In this document: one piece after another, positions 22,518 through 33,612 of the stretch | How the letters are laid out: every line of letters starts with the position of its first letter | How positions within the stretch are numbered: position 1 is the stretch's first letter | Origin: Atractiella rhizophila | Lineage: Eukaryota | Length of the DNA stretch: 33,612 bases | Assembly (NCBI GenBank): GCA_021432655.1 | Contig: MU271667.1 | Location: 1-33,612, forward strand | Reading direction: 5' to 3' | Program-made: the position numbers and the translations under genes | Notes under the pieces: generated by a model | What the model saw: the letters and a program-made list of their open reading frames with translations, nothing else | Database searches by the model: none | Told to the model about the DNA's origin: nothing

Positions 22518-24591
22518 GTCGAGAAAATCGGAGGGAGAAAATCAGAGGGAGAGATTAAGGCAGTCCTGCTGGCTTTAGGTGATGTTTGGGATATGGAAGG
22601 AAATGAAGGTGGGCGTTTTCTTTTGTAGAACTGCGGCCTTGTTGGATGTAGAGCATGGCAAGGACAAGGGTGGCGTATCAGGTGACAGCCAACAAGGGAA
22701 CAAAAGAGACCGTGCACAACTCGCCCACACTGTCGCATTTCGCTCTGACTCTGGCAGTAGCTGACTTAGTAGTTGTTTGGTTTCTATAAACTCATGTTAT
22801 CATATTTGAGAGAGGCAGCACAGTGAAGAAATGCATTTCGCACTGAGTTGGCAGAACAAGGGTTCCTCGACACATGTTTCAAATTTCTCAACAAGAACAG
22901 CTCAGAATATTGAATTGGATCTTGTTATACTCCTATTACACCAGCAGAAAGGGATTCCGTTTCATGCAGTGCTCCGTAGTGATTTCCCTATACTGCTCAA
23001 AATTCAGACTACTGTGATCAATGGTCAAGCACAGGAGGAGAGTCACACCATCGAGACGTATCACCTGCACATTGAAATTTTTATGCTGTATGTATAACAT
23101 AACGCTACATGCTTGATCAACTGCCATTAGTTTTTGTTTGACGGGAGTTTCGCTTGAATATATGTAAAACACCTTATCGAAGAAAAAACATCGGTCCCTT
23201 TGCTCTTTGTCAACCTGAACCATTCAAATCTAAGGCAAATTAGACTATTATTATATCGACTCGTAGCAGCCCCACTATTGTGCCATACAAACAAGCGAAG
23301 GTCAGGGAAGGAAGAAAAACGTTCAAGAGTCTTCGAGTCTGTCTTCATAAGGCATTAGACTGTCGGTGTTGACTGAAAGTAACCTCTGCTGGCTTAAAGT
23401 CATGCAGTTCCTATAAGGTCCATACCTTGGTTTTGTCTGCACGCCGGAAAACTTATACCATGACCACGTCCCAGTCCTTGGCTTGGGTCCCGTGTTACAA
23501 CATAGTAATATGGGATTTTTTTGCCCAGAACCGGTCCTTTCATTACCATTGATACAAGACAAGGATAAGGAACTCGTTCTGGAATCTGACCCCGTAAAGA
23601 AGGCACGGATTCGCCAGGTTCTCGATGTCTCGTTGCGATTGCGATTTTGACGCAATCTCTCCTCGACAGTGACCACTCGATAGCACTACGCGACATTACA
23701 CTGCATCAGAAGGCATACCGACATTATTCGTCAAGTCGGGTGTAAAGACGCAAACATTTCCTCTTTGCAGCGTCACGTTTACGTCTGCAGACCGGTGTAG
23801 ACATGGAGACGATGTCTGTACGGCGCAAGAAGATGAAAAGCGCGCTCCTGTTTTACAAATAACTCGAACAGGATGATCATGGGAGCGGAGAGAGCAAAAC
23901 AAGACCGACATCAACATCTGCCCGTCCCCTTTGCCTCGCCTCAAGAAAAAGAACACGCTCACCCTCCTGCCTTATCGCTTATTCCCCTGAATATTCCCCA
24001 TCACCAACACTGCCTTTCTCCCTTCTCGCTCATAGGGCCAGACTTGGGGAGGGCATTTATGAGACGGACCATCGAAGCTGAAACCCCAGATCTCTGCGGA
24101 AAGGGATGCTACCCCGATATCGGAACAGGTGACCAGCGCCCAAAATCCCATTTCTATACATCCACCTGAAGTGACGTCGACTGGCTTCCCTAATATTCCT
24201 TCTCTTCTCCTCTTCTCCCTCTTCTCCCTCTCAGACACCACAGAAGCTGCCAGAAATTAACCACTTGTCGTGATCAAACTCAAGTTTGTTGGGGCGATCG
24301 AATCGAAGTTCAAAACAGTTATCCGCCACCGATTCATTCGTCGAAAATTGCCACCCAATCTCAATAAGCGTCCATCATAAACTATCACCAGCCAGTCAAG
24401 TGAAGTAGAGGTGGGAAGAAGTGGGGCTGCGACTCGGGGCGATTATTATAAGTGAGAGGATAATTCGTGAACGGTTATTTATTCTGTGCGTACTCTCGTC
24501 ATAAATAAATACATATTGGGTCTCCCTTTCTCACTTTCTCATATCCACCAGCCGCCAATCCCCAAGCCGCAAGGAGAAAGAGGAGGAGAAG

Positions 24592-27500
24592 ATGTCCCTG
24601 AACGGCTTCGTCACGCTCCTCACGAGCACTAATTACCTCCCTGGCGTTCTTGTGACGATCAACGCGCTCAAGGACCTCGAAGCATCGAATCCCAACTCGG
24701 TGCCATTTCAGACCGTCTGCTCGTCACACCCCTCACCGTCGATGTGGAGGCCATACGCGCACTTCGTAGGAACTTTGATCTAGTGGTTGGCGTGGAGGAG
24801 ATCGTGAGCGGGAACGAGGCGGAGTTGAGGTTGTTGGGTATGTCACCCTCTTCCTTTTTTGCTCGAAACTTTGTTATTAGCGCATGCGAAGTTTGGCATC
24901 ACGAATATGGGAAATCTATGCTTTTTTCGCGCAGCCTATCGCTTTTGTTTTGCACAGCGCTGATTCTGCATTATCTTTACGTTTTTATGACCTGGTGAGA
25001 GAACTGATTGTGTTTCTGTGCGAGGACAGGAAGACCCGATCTTTTCTCGACGCTCACTAAGTTACACTTATGGAGGCTCATCCAATTCCGCCGCCTCATC
25101 TACCTCGACGCAGACACCCTTCCCCTCCGACCACTCTCGCACCTCTTCCTCTCCTCCTCCATCCCCGACAACGTTCCCTTCTCCGCTTGCCCAGACTCTG
25201 GTTGGCCCGACTGTTTCAACAGTGGTTTCTTCGTCTTCAAGCCCGATGAACCGACTTGGAGGGGTTTGATGCGATTGAAGGAGGAGAGGGGAAGTTGGGA
25301 TGGAGGTGATCAGGGAATCTTGAATGAGTATTTTCGAGAGGGAGGAGAAGGTGGGCCGTGGAATAGGTTGAGTTTTGGGTATAACGTTACCCCGTCAGCT
25401 TATTATTCGTAAGTACCTCTTTCATTCTCTCATCACTCGATGCTAAGAATGCTAATGTGATTGAATAGCTACGCGCCAGCATTCAGACGTCACCAAGATT
25501 CGATCCATCTTGTTCACTTCATCGGAACGAATAAGCCCTGGAACCTCCTCTATCGTCATCGACCCCGGGATCATCCGTCGTCCTCGCACGAGCAGACGCA
25601 ATCGACGGCTGGGAGAGACTACGATTCTCTTGTCAATCGATGGTACGACGCATACGAAAGACACTTCGGGAACGTATCTACATACGAAGTTGCGCGTGCC
25701 GCGTTGCTGCCTCCTCCTTCGAGAAGAACAGGAGGGGTAGGAGGCGTGTCTGGGAAGAAGGGGACGGTGGACGTGCAGTTTCCAAAGTATGAACCTGCAT
25801 GGGAGGGGAGGGAGGAGGGGTGGAAGAGGACAGAGGTAGAGGAGGTGAGAGAGAGGAATCTTGGGAAGAGCAGTGCGAGCGGTGGAGCAGTGGAGAGCTT
25901 GGTTAGGGAGAGAGCGATGGCTACCCAAGGGAAGTATTCGCCGCCGGTTCCCCATGGCAAGGGGGGAAGGAAGGAGAAGCGCCATCACCAAGGTGCTGGA
26001 GATGCAGCTGCAGGAGTGATGCACCCGCCTCTCCCGACGAGACAGGAACACGAGGGATACTATGTCACCATGCCCCTTCCCAACCGTCCTTCTCTCACGC
26101 ATACCATCTCCGAGCCAGTTCCTCAACCTCCTCCGGTCCCTCAAGTTCAGCTTCCCGACGAGGAACCGTCTACACCTCGTCACGGCCCCGCAATACACTT
26201 TCAACCTCCCACCCCAGATGCGCCACCTCTCCGCCCCTCCCCTCCTCTCGTACTCCATCACCCGATGCCTTCCTATCCCGGTTCCCCACCTAAACTCTCT
26301 TGGGATCCGGCGAGGAGCTCACCGCCGAAGTCGAAGGAGTACCAGATGGCGCAACCGTTCGACAAGATGTACGAGAACGTGTGGGACCGAGGAGCGGAAG
26401 GAGGTCATGGAGGGTATTTCGAGCCTCCAAAATATCCGGACGTGCCGAAAGAGGTCAGGGAGAGCTATAGAGCCGTGATGGGCGACGGAAACGGAGGTGA
26501 AAAGGAGGGAGGGCAGAAGCAGGTTTGGAAACCTGCTTTTCCCTGGGAGCTGGAGGCCAGGCCTGCACCGTCCAGATTCTTCCCAGAGAGCTCCGAGGAC
26601 GATCGCCCTTATCGGCCGCCTCCTGTGCATCATCATGGACAGCAAGGACAAGGACATCCTGCTTCTCCACCCCTCATGCCTTCCCAATGGGCCACCTGGT
26701 CACAGAAAACTGCTCACCCTGTACCTACCGGTTTGCCAACGAACCTGAGCTATCGGAATGCGTGGGACGAAGTTAATTCGATACGTAAGTATGCCGAACT
26801 GCTGTCACGGCCGAAGGAGGCGTCGAGGCGAGACGAGAGGATGAGGAGGGGGAGCAGTGGCGCTGAAGATGGCGGGGAGAGTGGGAGTGGCAGGGAAGGT
26901 GACGACGAGGATACTGATGAAGAGAGGCCCCCAATTCACTTCAAGAAGGGAAAAGAGAAACGTCGTTCCACCTCTTCCTCCCCGATCGTCTCTCCCACCT
27001 CCCCAACGCGACCTGGATTCGGAGGAGCGAGGAAACACTCCATTGGTTCTCCTAACATCTCGCCCATCCTTCGCGCGAATAGACACGCCGCGGATCTCAA
27101 AGGAATTCCATTTCCATCTAATGCGCCAGGTACTGCACCACACGGCGGCAATGGTAATGGAACTGGTACCGTAGGAGGAAGCATCCCGGAAGGTGTCCCG
27201 TACAATCCGCGCCTCTCATTACCTGTAGGAGGCTCTCCTCGCTTCACCAGCATAACGAGTCCGTCTGGTATGCCAGCTCCGCCATCCATCTCGCCAGGAA
27301 TTAAGCCACGTCTTCATCGACGGTTTGGCTCTGCCGGAGCATCGCCCCAGATATCACCTACCCTGGCGGCAGTCCTGACTCCCAAAGGACCGTTGATGAG
27401 CCCAACCGCCACGCGCGTCTTCGATCCGAAAACCGATCCGACCGTTATTCGAAGACAGGGCCTCAAAGCCCTTGAGAAGTTTGTGAGGGATATGGAGGCG

Positions 27501-27722
27501 AGTCAGGCTGCGAGGAGCAGGGCGAGCTCAAGCAGCACTCTGTCCAGTTCGCTGTCGACGGACGGCACTGGCAGCTCGCTTCATCCGCCTGGACACGGAG
27601 GAGGTGGGACTGGGGATGGGAATGAAGGCACCAGTCCAAAGGCATCTCCTGGTCTGAAACCAGCAGCTGAGGGAAGGATATCACCGTTGTCGAGAAGCCC
27701 GGTCATCCGCGCAACTGAGTGA
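24592..27722 (+). CDS. GLG1: Glycogenin (glycosyltransferase family 8) with long Pro/Ser-rich C-terminal extension; apparent 1-nt frameshift at ~24720
   Basis: Exons 24592-24837 (frameshift after TGC 24718-24720), 25030-25408, 25469-27722. Motifs FVTLL...YLPG, LLGRPDL..TLTKLHLW, YLDADTL (DxD), PDSGWPDCFNSG, SWDGGDQGILN, HFIGTNKPW. Confidence 0.88.
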
Positions 27723-28858
27723 AGCAAGAAGCAAGAAATGGGGGGTAATCATAGACTAAGTATAGAAGGTACTCCTTCTCTCACCCTTTGCTTTTTCTGA
27801 CTAGATTGTCGGTAGTGGTCCGTAGTCAGCATCAGTCCTCGGTTTCAGTTTGGTTGTTCCTAGACTCCTTTTTTGTTCGGCTCCAATCTTCTCTCATCCA
27901 TACCCAAAACGAATCGGGATCCCAGTCTCGCAAAAATGTTGATACCGGAAACTTTCGACATAGACGCAAGAACGAATTTCCTTCAACGATCCCAATTCTC
28001 GCTCTTTCAACAATTCTTCCCTTCGCTTTCGGATTCCTCACAGTGTTGTCTGTCTGTTGATCCACATTTGTGCTTTTTCAACTTCGCTGCCTGTGGGAAG
28101 GTTTGATTTTGGTTTCAACATCAGAAACAGTCCCTTCATTTGTGTTTCCTTTCCTCCATCAATCTCACTCTCAATCCAAAAAAAATATCAAACTCGTCAA
28201 ACTAATAGACTATCTTTTCCTTTTTCTCTCTGTCACGCTTAACGGATCGTAGATTCGTCTCCACTTCGTACCTTCACGTTTCCTTTTCCTTGTATGTATT
28301 ATTTATTCTCACAAACATGCTTTGGCTCCCTCCACAATTCTCAACTCTTCCCTTCTGTTCTTCTTCTCTTCGAAGTTTGGACGGAGGAGAGAGGTTATTC
28401 TCTTTTTATCCCTATCGGGTTGCGTAGGATATACCCTTTTGATGTCCGCCTCGATTTTCAATCTCTGTTGTATCACTCCTCTTTTCCTCAACGAGAAGTC
28501 AATGCAATCTGGTTTTTTGGGTCTGTCTCCCTTAGACCCTTCGACGTTCAGAGTCGAACGCCTCCTCGTCTAGATATGTTGAATCATGAGGATCGCCCCA
28601 TATCGTCAGCCGGAAATTAAATTACATCACCGACTTCCGTGCCATCTCCCTGTCGTGCTACACTCCTCATCGAAACAAGGCACACAGCCTGTTACCATGT
28701 CGCCTCCTTGAATAAGAGCTGCGCTCTTTCACCCCTCTGACTCGGTGAGATGAGTCGACCATCGGTGAGTGTTGCGTTATAAATGTTTGCTCAAGCTAAG
28801 AGCTTTCGTGCCAATCCAGAGCTTGCGTGCCTCCACTTCCACTTAAACTGAGCGCAAT

Positions 28859-30442
28859 ATGGGGAAGATATGGCCTCGACCAGCATTTTCAGTCGTCCAA
28901 CCTCAATTCGGTCCTCCTTCGTTTGTCCCTTTCCCTTGAATCACGAACTGCCTGCTCATGGATGAGGTCGGTAGCAGTAGCGGGAAGTGTCCCGTACACA
29001 CTTTGCCTGTCGAGGTGCTCATTAGGATCCTGTCCCTTGCCCATGCCGACAAAGAAGCTCTGCCAAAGGCAATTACGAATCGGAATCCCAACCGCTCCTG
29101 GACGTTGTGTGCCTTGGAATGGCTTTCCTCCCTCTCCACCCTCTCCTCGCTTTTTGCTTCTGCTTGCCAAACCCTCATATTCAGAAAACCGCTAGTTCAA
29201 ACTCTCACCCAGCTACTCAACCTTTACGAGACTCTGGCCTCCAAACCAGAACTTGCGAGTTATGTTTCCGACATCCTTTTCGTCCCACAAGAAGACGACT
29301 TCGAAGTGAATATATTTCATGGACCGAGGTATCAATGGAACCATCTGAAGGGCCGCCAAAAAGGGGAAATGGTGAAAGGATATTTCGAACGGATGGATGA
29401 GCGAGGTTCAACAATAACAAAGTGCAAGATGTGGCGCGAGGGGATCCAGAGGATCTTGAAATTGTGCGGCGGTTCCCTTCGAAGAATACGAATGGTAGCC
29501 ATGCTGCCTTCCGTTTATCTGGAATCGTCTTTTCGTGAACTGCTCAACCAAGACACGGTACCAAGGCTGGAATGTCTCGAATTCGGAGCGCCTACGATCC
29601 GCAACCCAGTCGTTCTCGATGCCGTCTTTGACCTGCTCGAGAATTCACAGGCCCCGCATCTCATATTTCACCACGCCGTTTCCTTTAACGCCCCTGGAAG
29701 CCAGGGTATGCGTGCTCCACGAGTGATTGCGGCCCCTGTTAGCGGACAGAACGCCTATATCGCTTCAAGCTTCCGCCGACTGACATTGCACGACTCCCGC
29801 ATCGCACCTTTCGATCTACTCCATATCCTCTCCGTCTCACCTCGCCTAGTTACACTTCATCTCCTCGACACTGTATTTGTCCTCCATTACGATGAGCACA
29901 ACGAAGACGACGTGAAGCTGTGGTCTATCCCTTTCCGAGAGCATGGGAAACAGCTGCAGGAGTTGACTATCAAGGAGTCTGGGAAAAGAGATGGAATTTT
30001 TCTCTGGTCCCACCAGGACGGTCAGGACCAAGTGGTCCGGGATCAGCTCTCGGATCGAATCACCAGGGACATCATCACATCATGCTCTTCTCTCACTTCT
30101 TTCGAACTGTGGAACCAATCTTACACCAGTTCGACACCTTTGCCGCTTTTTCGATTCCTCTCCCCTACTGTCGAATATTTTCTCGTATCCTGTCCCAGTT
30201 GGATGTGGGACATGGACCGAGAATCTCATCTTTGGCTCCTACAACCGGATGAGGCAAGGAAGGTGGCAACAGGATTGAAGAAGTTAGTCTGCGGGACAAT
30301 TCCAATTCCTCCAAGGCAGGCAGGAAACTGTCTGCATGCCCTTCGCGCGATGTTTAATGAAAGAGCACAACAACTGCAATTCTTGGTCGATGATGGAGGT
30401 GGGCCGATTGACTTTGAGAAATGGTCTGAGGGGAGACATTAA
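28859..30442 (+). CDS. F-box-like protein with degenerate LRR/RNI-like region
   Basis: 494-codon ORF 28958-30442 with F-box-like start VHTLPVEVLIRILS and L..L.L repeats (FRRLTLHD, LVTLHLLD, LQELTIKE, LTSFELWN). A likely extra first exon 28859-28920 joins in frame through intron 28921-28974 (GTTTGT..CTCAT..TAG); 28958 is an alternative start. Confidence 0.65.
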
Positions 30443-30565
30443 TTTTTTTTGATTGTGGCAGAATTTTGTGCTTTCAATGATTTCGGGTGTTTAATTGAGC
30501 ATGATATGCGCCACCTAGCTTTACATTCGCCTCGTCGAGAGGGTTCTGACCACTTTCCTGACTTG

Positions 30566-31610
30566 TCAAGGCGTCCTCACTTCCCAAAACAAATTCCTCG
30601 CCTTGTTACTCCTATCAAACTTTCCAGCCCAAGTCACTGTATCCTCTACCTCCGCTTTCACAATTGCTTGAGGGACAATATCCTTCCATAACGCCATCCA
30701 ACTGGATGGGGAATGGGCATATCTATCCCTTCCGAGCGGATCGTCAATGATGCCCTCTTCCCCATTCAACCGTCCTCCGTGCCTTCCGTAGATGATCGCT
30801 CCTGGGGCTTGAGTCCACAGCTTCGCGAGACGCACGGCAAGCGCCCTCTGCGTAGCTGAATTGAATAGATGGAAGAGTGCCCCGACGAAGATGTATGTGA
30901 ATCTGCCTTTGAAGGGAGTGAGAGTGTCGGTTGAACCTGACGCCGCAGATGATGAAAGATCGAGGAAAGATGGAGAGAAGATGTCTCCCTTCAAGTACGT
31001 GATTTCTTTGCCAGGAGGGAAGGTGGAATCGAAGAGAGAAGAGCCGATTGAGATGTAATCAGACCGCAGATCCGCTCCGTAGATATTGGAAGCGGGATAT
31101 CCGTCGAGTACTAGTTCTGTATGGGAAAGTGAGTGCTGCAATGAGCGAGTCACGTTGTGAGAACAAAATGACTAACTTCGAACGTCGATTCCAAAGAAAC
31201 ATCCCAAATCAAGGTATAAGTGGTCGCCAGACTTTCCGCCCTTCAAAACGGATGTGTAACTGAAATGCTATGGACGGTATAACTGAACAAAACTTCCGAC
31301 GTCGATGAAAGTGAGAGACGATTACATTAGCACAAATGAGGTTCACGAAAGTAAACATCCTGATACAAGGATAGGGATACTTCTCGTATGCCCTGCATGG
31401 GACCAAAATCAGATTTAAACTCGAACTGAGCTTAACATACTGTAGAGCAACTTGATGAAGCCTTTCCTTTACAGCTACCTCATCATCCACCCTCAGCGTC
31501 TCCTTCCAAAATGCCAAATCTTCAGATGTTGGAGCATAATAGCCTAGATCTACCGGCCCAGGTGCAATCGGCGGTTTGGGCAATTCTGGTGTAGAGGTTA
31601 TGTCTGTCAT
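30566..31610 (-). CDS. Class I SAM-dependent methyltransferase (fungal AusD-like family)
   Basis: Exons 31610-31441, 31392-31326, 31267-31177, 31116-30566. Motifs AYEKYPYPCI, YLDLGCFFGIDVRKLVLDGYPA.NIYGADL, GDIF, GALFHLF, PGAIIYGRHGG, HSPSSWMALW. Confidence 0.85.
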
Positions 31611-32544
31611 CTTGCTGAATCTGGGGGAGAACAATGTCGCCTGTAGACGGCTTGCCAGATTCAAGTTGATGTCACAATTGGAAATGAGACCGAAATATTG
31701 CACGTGCGACGGCGAGGGACATGATACGAGCAATCAACGTCGGCCAATGTATAACGACAAAGGTGTATTCAGAGTTAATTAGGGAAAGCTTGTTGCATAG
31801 TCAATAGTTACATCAGAGATTCGAGTACATTGGAGTCGATTTTTGATTCCTCTGAAACTAGACTGAGTGTCAGAGTAGAGTGCCCATCAGATCGATCATA
31901 GGCGCCATGAAAATGCACATTCAAGAGTGTCAGCACGCGTGTGAAGGATAACATACATGGGTTCTCCAGTGAGAAGTACGCCATCTCAAGAAACGGCTGT
32001 TCTTTCTTGGTCCGTTTAACCACTCGAAAACGAGGGAAATATACGTTACAGAACTTCCGCACTTGCAGAAGCTCCACGTTTAGACCTAACGTTCAGCCTA
32101 AATAGCCAATGGTAGCCAAAGGTGAAGGCTTGGATTGATCGAAAGAGGGAGAAAGCATCCAACACAAAACAACAGAGCGTCGGTACCAGGGAAAGGTATT
32201 GAAAAGTAATGTTTTCAGGTGCTCTGAGGTTTTTGACTACAAATACGCTACTGCAGGAAGACTCGACAGTTCAGAGTGCTTCCCAGCTCATGCTCAGAAA
32301 TCGGCAAAAAACGTGAAAAAAATGCACACAGAGCTCAAAAGCTGTTGGGCATCATCCCAGTGAGACTGGTGATAGCCTACAAGTAGACTGGCGTAATTTC
32401 TAGCAGCCATTTGAGAAGGAGGGAATGTTGACATCGTGGTTAGAAAAATTGACCGTGACTCAAAAATGCTGTCTTACTTCCATTCCACCAACCACCAAAA
32501 TCCCATTTCGTTACTACCTCTTTCTTGTCATTCTCGCTAGCAAA

Positions 32545-33404
32545 ATGTATCGTTCCGCCCTCCGACTCATCCCTGCCCGTACTTTCAGCGTTTCCAGGAG
32601 CTTCAGCACAGTTCCCCTCAAGCTGAGGCAGCCGAAATTTACCCCCCTTCTCCTCAACGCTTCCCGCCTTTATTCCGCCTCCGCTGGACTCTCAAAGGGT
32701 GACATCGAGACCAGGGTGCTGGACGTGCTAAAAAGTTTTGAGAAAGTTGACCCTCAGAAGGTGTGTACTCGATTCTGCTGGAGTGGTGCGGTAGGATACT
32801 TTTGGGGGATCAAAAATGTTGGTCAAGGCTTGTATAAAGCCTGAAAACTTGTCTGCTGCCCCGCGGGCTCGACAATTAGCCAGTTGCGATCTCTTCATGG
32901 TGAGCGCTGCGTTGAAGGCATAGACGACGATGCTTTGCCGAGACACCTCCACATTATCCTAGTTCTGTTCTGAGCTCTTGCCATGGGCATTATGCAATCC
33001 TTTCTGGTGAACTGTATAGTTGATAGTGGCGGTACTGCGTAACAGTACCGTATCGACGAATTGGCACTGTATCCTTTGGTGAGCTCAGGGCAGGAAGCTG
33101 ACGTGTGTTTTAGATATCCACTACCTCGTCCTTCACCTCCGACCTTGGACTCGACAGCTTAGACGCCGTCGAAGTTGTCATGGCTATTGAGGAGGTATGC
33201 CTCCTTCTTCACAATGATTTATCCCGTGCTCAAACCAATTTGCGTGTGCAGGAGTTCTCGATTGAGATTCCGGACGAGGAAGCTGATAAAATCACGACTG
33301 TGGGAGAGGCGATCGAGTACGTCGCCAAAGTGCCTGAGGGTTTGTGTTTCTCCTGTCCTTGCCGAAAGGATGGAAGCTGATGTTGAATCGATGCAGCTAA
33401 CTAA
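32545..33404 (+). CDS. ACP1: Mitochondrial acyl carrier protein (Acp1/NDUFAB1)
   Basis: Exons 32545-32760, 33114-33194, 33252-33339, 33397-33404. Arg/Ser-rich presequence. [32 protein letters not shown] contains the phosphopantetheine Ser (DSL). Confidence 0.97.
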
Positions 33405-33612
33405 ACATTTACATAATCTCCCCTCTATGCAAAACGCTCAAAGATTGTAGGAGTGGAATATCATTTATTTTCACATTTACATATGGTATGAGCTTCGAAG
33501 GAAAATTTTACGGCTCCAATCTACTGGGGTCTCTCGGGAACAAACTTGTTCTTCTAATGTTACCCAGCTTCAGGAAGAGCATAGTGATCCTCTCCAGTCC
33601 TATATCATCAAC

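Noticed and set aside
22760..24590. Short ORFs and a CT-rich tract between PRM1 and glycogenin
   Set aside because: Compatible with chance ORFs and ordinary promoter pyrimidine tracts; I could not support a gene model.
24838..25029. snoRNA in the 192-nt glycogenin intron
   Set aside because: Only one short hairpin (AAACTTTG/CGAAGTTT) and no convincing box C/D or H/ACA arrangement.
25452..27684. Multiple overlapping antisense and alternative-frame ORFs within glycogenin
   Set aside because: Expected by-products of GC-rich, low-complexity coding sequence.

Overview
This is eukaryotic, intron-rich fungal genomic DNA. It is basidiomycete-like (mostly 45-90 nt GT-AG introns with CTRAY/CTCAC branch sites) and has a 634-nt N gap at 13182-13815. 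In order, the window holds: the 3' end of an unidentified gene; a ~3 kb tandem duplication carrying two paralogous 3-exon orphan genes with a zinc-finger-like C-terminal motif; a possible small orphan spliced ORF; an ABC1/UbiB kinase (CQD1/ADCK2-like) head-to-head with KAE1; a DUF6533-type membrane protein spanning the gap; a SAM-domain, tail-anchored protein; the cell-fusion gene PRM1; a glycogenin (GT8) with an apparent 1-nt frameshift; an F-box-like protein; a SAM-dependent methyltransferase; and mitochondrial acyl carrier protein. I see no transposase, rRNA, tRNA or CRISPR signal. The best leads are the duplicated orphan pair (GT-to-GC donor switch, hidden 17-nt last exon, 96%-identical 3'UTR block), the long self-complementary first introns of ACP and KAE1, and the glycogenin frameshift. 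All exon models were built by eye and family calls come from recalled motifs. No database search or folding program was run.
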